From: an uncultured Gemmatimonadales bacterium
GTDB taxonomy: Bacteria > Gemmatimonadota > Gemmatimonadetes > Longimicrobiales > Gaopeijiaceae
Length of the DNA stretch: 64,000 nt
NCBI GenBank assembly: GCA_963823035.1
Contig: CAWGKG010000017.1
Location: forward strand, 128,001-192,000
Reading direction: 5' to 3'
This document shows positions 42,157 through 50,624 of the stretch, piece after piece. The stretch's first letter is position 1; each line of letters begins with the position of its first letter. A model generated the notes under the pieces. The model saw nothing but the letters and a program-made list of their open reading frames with translations. It was not told the DNA's origin and searched no databases. The translations under genes were made by a program, and so were the position numbers.

Positions 42157-45100
42157 TCACTCTCGCGCCCGCCCGACCTTGAGCATCACCGACCCGTGCC
42201 GGGGCACGCGCACCGTGTAGCCGTCCGTGAACTCGCCGAGGTCCCGCCGTCGCCACAGGTCGCGCACGGGCTGGCTGCCCGACAGCCCCAGGTCGGAGAA
42301 GCGCGCCGTGATCTCGTAGGGCACGAGCCCACGGTTGAACAGGCCGACCGCCCGGGTACCGTCGGCGAGCGGACGCGCCCAGACCTCCAGGCGCCCGCTC
42401 TTCCAGACGCGCCCGCCGGCCGTACCGAGCGTGTCCAGGGTGACGGCGAGGACCTCGTCGTTCGTGAGCAGGTCGATCGTCCACGGGTCGAGCTTCGCGA
42501 GGTCCGCGCCGATCATGAGGGGCGCGGCCTGGATGGCCCACAGGGTCAGGTGCAGGATCTGCTCGTTGCGCGTCAGCTTCGTCGGAACGGGCTCGCCCCG
42601 CCCCCAGCTCAACGTGCCCACGATGAGCATGTCCGTGTCGTTCCAGTGGCCCGGACCCGCGTACACCTCACGCCCCGCCTGGCGGAAGCCCACGCTTTCC
42701 AGGTTGGCCCACGAGTTCTCCAGGTCCCCCGTGGTCCGCCACAGGTGGCCGCCGGCGCTCTCGCCCCACGTCCACACGTCGCCCCACCCGTACTCGCCGA
42801 TGCTGTACACGATGTCACGATCGATCCCGGTCAGGACGCGGTGCATCAGGTCGTAGGGCTTCCGCAGCTCGGCGACGCTCCGGTCGGCGGCCACGCTCGA
42901 GTACCCGCAGTAGTCGTGCTTGAGGTAGTCGACGCCCCAGGCCGCCCACGTCTCCGCATCGACGCGCTCGTGTTGGTAGCTGCCCGGCAGCCCCTGGCAG
43001 GTGGTGGGCCCCGGCGACGAGTAGATGCCCAGCTTGAGGCCGCGCGCGTGCACGTGGTCGGCCAGCGCCTTCATGTCGGGGAACTTGTCGTTCGGATGCA
43101 GAACCCCCTGCGCGTCCCGCTCGCCCTCCCACCCGTCGTCGATCACGATGTACTCGTACCCGTGCGCCGCGAGGCCGCTCTCCACCATGGCGTCGGCGGC
43201 CGCGCGCACCTTCGCGTCGTCGACCCCGTCACCCCAGGCGTTCCACGAGTTCCACCCCATGGGGGGCGTGAGCGCGAGGGCGTCGTCCCCGCCGACGATC
43301 GTGAGCTCGCGGGTCGCGGTCCCCTCGGGACCGGTGACCGTGAGCGTCGCGACCGTTCTCCCGGGGGCCCGCAGGGATCCGGTGACGATCCCGGTCGAGG
43401 GGTCGATGCGCAGGCCCTCCGGAAGGGCGACGGCCGCGTAGCGCAACGGCCCTGCGCCGGTGGCGGGGACCAGGTGCCGGAAGGGGCGGCCCGGCGTCGC
43501 GCCGACGATGAGGGGGCCGTGGATGCGCGGCTCGGCGGGCTCGTCCCACGAGATGTCCGGCGCCGGATCCACCGGGACATCGTACGGCTCGGGGACCACG
43601 GCGGCGCCTTCCTCCATGAGGATCGTGGCGCCCGCCCACACCCCGAGGTCGCCGTTGCTCGTATCCTGCGCGTCGTCCAGGAGCAGCGTGAGGACCCGCA
43701 CGTCCGTGAGGTCGACCGAGACCAGTCGGGGCGGGTCTCCGGGGCGCAGGGTGTCCGTCGCGAAGAGGAGGGCGTCGTCACCCCACACCTCGAAGTTCAC
43801 GCTCGCCTCTTCGGAGGTGGCCGAGTCGTCCAGGCCGACCATGGAGACGAAACGCCGCGCCCGCCCCTTCAGGTCGAGCACGAACTCGCTGATCGACTGC
43901 GTGCCGATGCCGTGGCGGTATTCGACCCCGCCGAGCGTGATGGGCCGCACCGCGCCCCGCCGCCCCGGCACGCCGGCGGCGACCGGACGGCCGCGCCGCT
44001 GGAACATCGCGTCCATGCCCAGCGTCTCGACCCAGACGCCTCCGGCGGGCGGGTCCTCCCCGCGGATGGCGAGCGCCTCCGGTCCGACGGGCTCCGTCAG
44101 CCTCCGCAGACGCTCCGTCTGCTCGCGCGTGGCGTCCGGACGCACCTCCAGGACCCAGCTCCCGCCCTCGGCGAACCGCAGTCCGAACGGGTCCAGCGCC
44201 TCCGCGTAGTCCAGCTCCTCGGTGGACGCCAGCGCCTTCCGGAACCACCCCGACAGGTCCGTACCCGCCACCTCCGCGGCCACCGCGCGGAACTCCTCGG
44301 GCGTGTAGCCGCGCTCCCCACCGTACCGCTCATAGGCGAGACGCATCACGTCGTCCAGCGAACGGTCGCCCCCGGTGGCCGCCCGTACCCGCGCATCCAG
44401 GAGGAAGCCGAGCACCTCCCCCTTCACGTAGTAGCTCACCGTCGAGGCGGCGGCCCCCACCCCGGAGTTGCTGTTCGTCCACACGTCGAGGGACGACTGC
44501 TCCACCGTCTGCAGCAGCCGCCCGGGGGACTCCTGCAGCTCGCGGATGGCCCCCGACATGGAGGCCAGGAAGCCCGCGCGGTCCGACAGCCCCGCACGCG
44601 CGACGGCCAGGTCGGCCAGGTACGACGTGACTCCCTCGGCGAGCCAGAGGCTCGGCGTTCGCGGCGGCTCCTCGTAGTCGAACGGCCCGAGCTCCACCGG
44701 ACGTAGCCGCTTCACGTTCAGCGCGTGGACGTATTCGTGCGCCGCGAAGGAGAGCCACCCTCGGTATCCGTCACCGGTGCTCACGCGGTCGGGCCGGGTG
44801 GTGAGCAGCGTCGAAGTCGCGTGCTCCAGTCCCCCGCCCCCACGCCAGAAGACGTTGAGGAAGACGTACTTCCGGTACGGCAGCTCCCCCCAGAGCGGGA
44901 GCGTCTGTTGGACGATCCTCCGGAGGTGGCGGGCCACGCGCTCGCCGTCCCAACCGTCCGGGGCGCCGACGTCCACCAGGTAGTGGGGAACGCCGTCCAC
45001 CTCGAACGCATGCGTGTCGAGGTTCCCGGCCACGATGGGCGCGTCCAGGAGCGCGTCGTAGTCGTCCGCCCGGAAGTGGTGGGGGTCCCCGTCGTCCGCG

Positions 45101-45627
45101 ACGTCGAGCCCCGTCGCCACGTCCCGCCACGACGGGGGCAGCTCCACGTGGACCTCGCGTGGACGCTCCGCGTCCCCGACCACGGTGACGAACGTAGCCG
45201 GTCCGTTCAGCGCGGCGAACTCGGGGGACACCCAGTTCGTGGTGACGAAGTACCGGGTGCAGAGGAGGCCGTAGGTGAGCGTCACCCGCGGAGCGCCACC
45301 GGTGTCCACGCGCCAGCGGTTCGGGGGGATCCGCTCGACCGGGAGCGCCCGTCCGTCCGGGCCACGCGCCGAGAGATCGCGCACCTGCGCGGCGTAGTCC
45401 TCGACGCTGTAGTAGCCCGGCGACCAGATCGGCAGCATGACCTCCACGCTCGGCGCGCCTGCCGTCGGCAGGGACGCCTCGATCGTCGCGAGGTGCTCCG
45501 CGAGGGAGGGGAAGCGCACGGTGTAGACCGCCGGCTCGAGGGTCGTGTCCCGACGGGGCCCGTTCGCGCAACCGGTCAGTGCGAGGCAGACGGTGAGGGC
45601 GAGGGCGCCCGCCCCGCGACGATCCAT
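42157..45627 (-). CDS. Lipoprotein fusion: M61 glycyl aminopeptidase + NPCBM/NEW2 + Ig-like + GH27 alpha-galactosidase
   Basis: Lipobox LTGC. M61 motifs PIWSPGYY, GGGLEH, HEYVH..NVKRLRP, WLAEGVTSY and SYYVKG. NPCBM motifs RHGIGT and VGLDD. Ig motif LPEGLRIDPSTG. GH27 motifs LTPPMGWNSWN, IDDGW, YLKHDYC, WRTTGD and WNDTDML. Single uninterrupted frame. Confidence 0.85.
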   Translation of the reverse strand: MDRRGAGALALTVCLALTGCANGPRRDTTLEPAVYTVRFPSLAEHLATIEASLPTAGAPSVEVMLPIWSPGYYSVEDYAAQVRDLSARGPDGRALPVERIPPNRWRVDTGGAPRVTLTYGLLCTRYFVTTNWVSPEFAALNGPATFVTVVGDAERPREVHVELPPSWRDVATGLDVADDGDPHHFRADDYDALLDAPIVAGNLDTHAFEVDGVPHYLVDVGAPDGWDGERVARHLRRIVQQTLPLWGELPYRKYVFLNVFWRGGGGLEHATSTLLTTRPDRVSTGDGYRGWLSFAAHEYVHALNVKRLRPVELGPFDYEEPPRTPSLWLAEGVTSYLADLAVARAGLSDRAGFLASMSGAIRELQESPGRLLQTVEQSSLDVWTNSNSGVGAAASTVSYYVKGEVLGFLLDARVRAATGGDRSLDDVMRLAYERYGGERGYTPEEFRAVAAEVAGTDLSGWFRKALASTEELDYAEALDPFGLRFAEGGSWVLEVRPDATREQTERLRRLTEPVGPEALAIRGEDPPAGGVWVETLGMDAMFQRRGRPVAAGVPGRRGAVRPITLGGVEYRHGIGTQSISEFVLDLKGRARRFVSMVGLDDSATSEEASVNFEVWGDDALLFATDTLRPGDPPRLVSVDLTDVRVLTLLLDDAQDTSNGDLGVWAGATILMEEGAAVVPEPYDVPVDPAPDISWDEPAEPRIHGPLIVGATPGRPFRHLVPATGAGPLRYAAVALPEGLRIDPSTGIVTGSLRAPGRTVATLTVTGPEGTATRELTIVGGDDALALTPPMGWNSWNAWGDGVDDAKVRAAADAMVESGLAAHGYEYIVIDDGWEGERDAQGVLHPNDKFPDMKALADHVHARGLKLGIYSSPGPTTCQGLPGSYQHERVDAETWAAWGVDYLKHDYCGYSSVAADRSVAELRKPYDLMHRVLTGIDRDIVYSIGEYGWGDVWTWGESAGGHLWRTTGDLENSWANLESVGFRQAGREVYAGPGHWNDTDMLIVGTLSWGRGEPVPTKLTRNEQILHLTLWAIQAAPLMIGADLAKLDPWTIDLLTNDEVLAVTLDTLGTAGGRVWKSGRLEVWARPLADGTRAVGLFNRGLVPYEITARFSDLGLSGSQPVRDLWRRRDLGEFTDGYTVRVPRHGSVMLKVGRARE

Positions 45628-45632
45628 GCGTG

Positions 45633-47108
45633 TCACCAGACCATTCTCCGGATCAGACCGCCGCCGACCGACCACCCCGCGTCGGGCGCGGCGAAGGACA
45701 CGGCCCAGGCGTTCACCGAATCCACCCGCGTCCAGCTGTCTCCTCCGTCCCGCGAGATCGCGGAGCCCGCGGGTGACACCGCCACCAACGTGGGCGTGGG
45801 CGCGCCGGGCACCCAGGCGATGCCGTAGACCGAGCCGCCCAGACCCGTGCGGCCGCCCCGACGCCACGTGCGGCCCCCGTCGTCGGTCAGGATGACGTCC
45901 TCGAATTGCATGTCCTTGCGGCCGTCGTCCCCGCCGGCCGCGGCCCCCGTCCGGTCGTCGAGGAAGGCGAGCGTGAAGATCCCCGAGGTCTCGTCGAAGC
46001 TCTCCAGGGGGGTCGGCGCCTCCTCCCACGTCACGCCGTAGTCGGCCGTGCGGATCACGCGGGTGTCCACGCCCGAAGCGCCGGTGCCGAACCATCCCAG
46101 CCCGCCCGGACGCGTCACGACGCACGTGCCGGACGACGCGAAAGCTCCCTCTCCCTCGCGGGCGTCGGGCACCCGGGCGGGATCGATCCGCTTCCACGTC
46201 GCGCCGCCGTCGTCGGTGCGCACGAGGGTGAACTCCCCGTCGTGGCTGTCGCTGAAGGCGAACCCCCGTCGGCGATCCCAGAACGAGAGGCAGTCGAAGA
46301 AGCCCTGGGGATCCTCGTTCCGGAAGGAGAGCGTCCAGGACGCGCCGCCGTCGCGGGTCACGTAGATCCTGGACTCGTCGCCGGCGCCGATGGACAGGAC
46401 GAAGGCCTCGTCCCCGGAGAAGGCGTGCACGTCCCGGAACTGGAGCGACTCGGCGCCCGGCACGACCCCGACGTGCCAGCTCCGGCCACCGTCCGTGGAA
46501 CGGGCGACGTGACCCCCGCTCCCGGCCGCCCAGACCGTGTTGGCGTCCACGGCGTGCAGGCCGATGAAGCGCACCGTGGAGTCCTGGTACTGGACCTGCC
46601 AGGCGGGCGCGGCCGAGCGGGCAGGTCCGCCTCCCGCGCACGGCGTACGCGCGTAGTGGATCGAAAAGGCCGGCGTCTCGTCGGCGACCTCCCGGAACAC
46701 GCTCGCGACAATGGAGTCACCACCGTGGCGCAGGTAGTCGATCCGGCGCGGGAAGTCGTGGTCGGGGTTCTCGACGCGCAGCTCCCGATCGGTCAGCCGG
46801 GCGACCGGGAAATCCGCGGGCTGTTGGCCGGAAGGATGCGCGGAGTATGTGAGGCGGCCGTCACGGACGCCGAGCACGACGGACTCGTACCCCGTGGCGC
46901 GTCCGCCGCGGACCGAGCGCGACATGCCGACCATGAGCCCACCCGCGGGCGCCATCCACACCTCGTCGGAGCGGCTCTCCCCGTTCTCGGCCGCCCAGCA
47001 CCCGGCCAGCCAGGCCGCGTCCTCGACATCCTGCGGCACGGCGGAGGGCGGAGCGACCACACCCACCGCAACGAGCACCACCGCCATCGAACCGCTACGC
47101 CGGACCAT
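45633..47108 (-). CDS. Exported protein: DUF6265-like N-domain + BNR/Asp-box (YCF48-like) beta-propeller
   Basis: WLAGCW..EVWMAPAGG..ENPDHDFPRRI, then repeated (S/T)xDGGxxW boxes and EGAFASSGTC. Confidence 0.75.
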   Translation of the reverse strand: MVRRSGSMAVVLVAVGVVAPPSAVPQDVEDAAWLAGCWAAENGESRSDEVWMAPAGGLMVGMSRSVRGGRATGYESVVLGVRDGRLTYSAHPSGQQPADFPVARLTDRELRVENPDHDFPRRIDYLRHGGDSIVASVFREVADETPAFSIHYARTPCAGGGPARSAAPAWQVQYQDSTVRFIGLHAVDANTVWAAGSGGHVARSTDGGRSWHVGVVPGAESLQFRDVHAFSGDEAFVLSIGAGDESRIYVTRDGGASWTLSFRNEDPQGFFDCLSFWDRRRGFAFSDSHDGEFTLVRTDDGGATWKRIDPARVPDAREGEGAFASSGTCVVTRPGGLGWFGTGASGVDTRVIRTADYGVTWEEAPTPLESFDETSGIFTLAFLDDRTGAAAGGDDGRKDMQFEDVILTDDGGRTWRRGGRTGLGGSVYGIAWVPGAPTPTLVAVSPAGSAISRDGGDSWTRVDSVNAWAVSFAAPDAGWSVGGGLIRRMVW

Positions 47109-47224
47109 GCGCTTCCCCCGTTGTGGAGCCGACGCCCGGGCGGGACGCCACCGGCAAGGTAGATCCGCGCACATGCGGGGAAAACACGTGGCCGGACCGG
47201 TCGAGTCGAGCCCGGCACGGGCTG

Positions 47225-48070
47225 CTAGACGTCGCCACCCAGAAGCCCTTCGAAGGAGAAGTCGGTCACGGCCAGCGCCCCCATCCGCGCTCCGACGCGC
47301 AGCGCCTCCCGCAGGGCCTCCGCGGACAGGCTACGGCCGACGGACAGCGAGGCCACCACGCCTCCGGCGAAGGCATCCCCCGCGCCCGTCGGATCGACGA
47401 CGCGCGCGACCCGCACGGCTTGCACCTCGACCGGCCCCTCCGCGCCCCAGGCGCACGCACCCCGGGCTCCGCGCTTCACGATCACCCACGACGGGCCGCG
47501 GGCCCGTGCGGCCGCGGCGGCCTCCTCCTCCTCCTGGGCGCCGCCGAGGATCCGGACCTCCTCCTCGCTGGCGAGGAGCACGTCCACGCGTGGGAGGAGG
47601 GCGTCGAGCTCGGCGCGTCGGTCCCGGATCCAGTGCGCCATCGAATCCAGGACCACCCTGCCCGGGACTCCGGCCTGTCGCAGAACGTGCCCCTGGACCC
47701 CGGGATCCGTGCTCCCCAGGAAGAGGACGTCCGGATCGCGCAGCGCCGCCGGCACCTCGGGCACCTCCCGCACGATGCCGCCCCGGTGGACCGAGAGGAT
47801 CTCGCGCGCGCCCGCCTCGTCGTAGCGTGCGTGCCAGCGGAAGGTCGGATGGGGACGCCGCACGATCCCGGACACGTCGACGCCTCGCGCGGCCAGGCCG
47901 GCGAGGGCCTCCTCGGGGAAGTCCTGTCCGGTCACACCGACCACGGCGACGGAGCGGAGGCGCACGGCCGCCGCCGCGAAGTACAGCGCCGACCCTCCCG
48001 GCACTTCCCGGGCGAACCCGTCCGGTGTCTCCACGGTGTCCAGCGCCACCGTCCCGACGCCCAGGATCAT
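47225..48070 (-). CDS. PfkB/ribokinase family kinase
   Basis: GTVALDTVETP, GGSALY, IVKRGARG and DPTGAGDAFAGG. Confidence 0.9.
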   Translation of the reverse strand: MILGVGTVALDTVETPDGFAREVPGGSALYFAAAAVRLRSVAVVGVTGQDFPEEALAGLAARGVDVSGIVRRPHPTFRWHARYDEAGAREILSVHRGGIVREVPEVPAALRDPDVLFLGSTDPGVQGHVLRQAGVPGRVVLDSMAHWIRDRRAELDALLPRVDVLLASEEEVRILGGAQEEEEAAAAARARGPSWVIVKRGARGACAWGAEGPVEVQAVRVARVVDPTGAGDAFAGGVVASLSVGRSLSAEALREALRVGARMGALAVTDFSFEGLLGGDV

Positions 48071-48082
48071 GGTCCCCCCGCG

Positions 48083-49438
48083 TCAGATCAGGAGCCCCGC
48101 CACGGCCGCCGTGAGCAGCGTGGCGAGGAGTCCGGCGAGCATCGCCTTGAGGCCGAGGCGCGCCAGGTCGTGACGGCGCGTCGGCGCCATCTCCCCCAGG
48201 CCCGCGATGGTCATGGCCACCGACCCGAAGTTCGCGAAGGAGGTCAGCGCGTAGATGGTGATCACCAGCGAGCGGGGATCGAGCGTGACGCCCTCGGCGA
48301 GCAGCGCCTGCAGGCGCGCGAAGGCGACGAATTCGTTGAGGACGGCCTCGAGGCCGATGAGCTGTCCCACCACCTGTGCGTCCGCCCAGGGGATGCCGAG
48401 CACCCAGGCGACCGGCACCAGGAGCGTACCGAGGATGCCCTCCAGGCTGAGGTTCTCCACGCCCACGAGGTGCCCGAGCCATCCGAGCCCACCGTCGGCG
48501 AGCGACACCAGCGCGATGAAGGCGATCAGCATCGCGCCGACCACCAACGCCAGGCGCAGGCCGTCCGCCGCGCCCCGCGCCGCCGCGTCGATCACGTTCA
48601 CGTCGGGACGCTCCACGCTCGTTTCGCCCAGCGACCCCGCCGTGACCGGTGTCGACGTCTCGGGCACCAGGAGCTTCGCCAGGACGAACGCCGCCGGAGC
48701 CGACATCACCGAGGCCGCGATGAGGTGTCCGGCCGCGTCGGGCTCGTAGGGCAGCAGCATACCCGCGTAGGCCGCGAGCACGCCTCCGCTGATCGTCGCC
48801 ATCCCGGCGGTCATGACGGCCATGAGCTCGGATTCCGTCATCCGTTCGATGAAGGGCCGAACCGACAGCGGCGACTCCATCATCCCGACGAAGATGTTCG
48901 AGGCGACGTCGAGCGTCTCGGCGCCGGAGGTGCGGAGCGTCCGCTGCATGACCCAGGCGATCGAGCGCACCACGCGCTGCATGACGCCGAGGTGGTAGAG
49001 AACGGTCACCAGGCAGGACACGAAGATGATGTTGGGAAGCACCTGGAACGCGAAGAACGCCCCGGTATGCGCGACCGTCCCCGGGGTCGCGACGAAGCTC
49101 CCGTTGCCCGGGACGCCGCTCCCGACCGGAACGTCGTCGGAGATGAGGTTGCCGACCACGAAGCGGGCGCCCTCCGCCGCGTAGCCGAGCACGGCACGCA
49201 CGACCGCGTTGACGTTCTGGAAGAAGGCCACGCCCAGGGGGGTGTGCAGCACCACGATGGCGAACGCGAGTTGAAGGCCCAGCCCCCAGAGCACGATGCG
49301 CCAGGAGACGGACCGGCGATCGCTCGACAGCAGCCACCCGAGGCCGAGGATCACGCCTACGCCGAGAAGGGCCTGCAGGCGCAGGAGCGATCCGGCGGAC
49401 GAAGGCGTCTGGAGAGCGGCGAGGATCAGCGGCGACAA
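48083..49438 (-). CDS. nupC: Concentrative nucleoside transporter (NupC/CNT family)
   Basis: FFAFQVLPNIIF, SGAE..NIFVGMMESPL, GMATISG, SVMSAPAA, NEFVAF and FANFGS. Start uncertain (49438-49513). Confidence 0.9.
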   Translation of the reverse strand: MSPLILAALQTPSSAGSLLRLQALLGVGVILGLGWLLSSDRRSVSWRIVLWGLGLQLAFAIVVLHTPLGVAFFQNVNAVVRAVLGYAAEGARFVVGNLISDDVPVGSGVPGNGSFVATPGTVAHTGAFFAFQVLPNIIFVSCLVTVLYHLGVMQRVVRSIAWVMQRTLRTSGAETLDVASNIFVGMMESPLSVRPFIERMTESELMAVMTAGMATISGGVLAAYAGMLLPYEPDAAGHLIAASVMSAPAAFVLAKLLVPETSTPVTAGSLGETSVERPDVNVIDAAARGAADGLRLALVVGAMLIAFIALVSLADGGLGWLGHLVGVENLSLEGILGTLLVPVAWVLGIPWADAQVVGQLIGLEAVLNEFVAFARLQALLAEGVTLDPRSLVITIYALTSFANFGSVAMTIAGLGEMAPTRRHDLARLGLKAMLAGLLATLLTAAVAGLLI

Positions 49439-49484
49439 GGGGGCCTCGGGCAGGAGTCGGATCGCGGACAACCTGCCGGGCGCC

Positions 49485-50486
49485 TCAGCCCTGCGCCAGA
49501 ATCCCCTCCACACGCGTGGCGTACGCCCACCCCTGCGCGTCGTCGCTCACGAGCTCGATGTCGCCGGGTCCACCGACGCCCAGGCCGACCTCCACCGCGC
49601 GGGCGATCTGCTCCTGCCGGAAGATCGGCGTGCCCATGATCGCGTCGTTGGAGCCCAGCTCCTTGAGGATCGCGAGCCCCACCGCGTCCACGGCCACCCG
49701 GTCGGTGCCGGCCACGAACACGTTCGCCCGCTTCAGCGTGCCCTGCGACGGCCCACCGTCCGTGAACGCCTCCACGCCGTCCATCACGATCAGGTCGGGC
49801 GCGTAGCCCTGGTTCAGCTCGGCGATCATCCGGCGCATGTCGGGCGAACGGTGCATGCCCCGACGGATCGGGCGAGGCGTGAGGCCCACCGCCAGCTTGA
49901 GGGACATCGTGAACACGCCGCCGAAACCGTGCGTCTTCAGGCAGCAGGTGCTCACCAGGTACTCGGCGTCGGTGACCATGCGCGGCAGGTGGTAGCCCTC
50001 CGCCCAGTGGGTGCCCGGCGGGTTGAAGTGCACCCAGTCGGCGTCGGGAAGCTGGTCGAAGTCCACCACGCCGAAGTCGTGGTCGCGCGCCAGGTCCAGC
50101 GTTCCCTTGGCGGCGAGCACGGACGTCGTTCCCTGAGGACCGCTCGACTCGCCCACCGTGACGCTGCGGGCGTCGCGCTCCTGGAGCTCGCCAACGAGAC
50201 GCAGGAGCGTCTCGTCCTGCGTGCCGGCCGGGCCGCCGTCCGCGCTGTTGAAGTTCGGCTTCACCACCACCCGCTTGCCGGCCATGCCCGAGGGGTCGAG
50301 AAGCGCCATCGCGCGCGTCACGCCGTCGGCTCGGCTCGACGTGCGGATCAGCGCGACCCTGGAGGCGCGCCTGCGGCCCGCGGGCGCGAGCGTCTCGAGG
50401 TCGATCCACGGCAGGGCGACGAGCCCCACGGCCGATCCCCTGAGGAAGTCCCTGCGATCCATGCCACCAACGTTCAGGCGGGCCAT
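49485..50486 (-). CDS. DUF362 family protein with Tat signal
   Basis: DRRDFL twin-arginine motif, VVVKPNFN, VGESSG, LKTH..FTMSLKLAVG, MDG and DRVAVDAVG. Confidence 0.8.
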   Translation of the reverse strand: MARLNVGGMDRRDFLRGSAVGLVALPWIDLETLAPAGRRRASRVALIRTSSRADGVTRAMALLDPSGMAGKRVVVKPNFNSADGGPAGTQDETLLRLVGELQERDARSVTVGESSGPQGTTSVLAAKGTLDLARDHDFGVVDFDQLPDADWVHFNPPGTHWAEGYHLPRMVTDAEYLVSTCCLKTHGFGGVFTMSLKLAVGLTPRPIRRGMHRSPDMRRMIAELNQGYAPDLIVMDGVEAFTDGGPSQGTLKRANVFVAGTDRVAVDAVGLAILKELGSNDAIMGTPIFRQEQIARAVEVGLGVGGPGDIELVSDDAQGWAYATRVEGILAQG

Positions 50487-50624
50487 GTCGGCCTCCTGGC
50501 AAAGAGCGGGCAGGCTCGAAGGAAAGATATGCCATCGGTGGCGTGCGCGCCCACGCGCCGCCAAGCTGACCGGAGCTCCGGCGCCGCGGTGACCGGATCG
50601 TCGAGGATGCTCCAAGGAGGCACC

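Noticed and set aside
45628..46641. N-terminal extension of the 1494-aa ORF 42157-46641
   Set aside because: Arg/Pro/Gly-rich off-frame read of the BNR gene. The lipoprotein signal starts at 45627.
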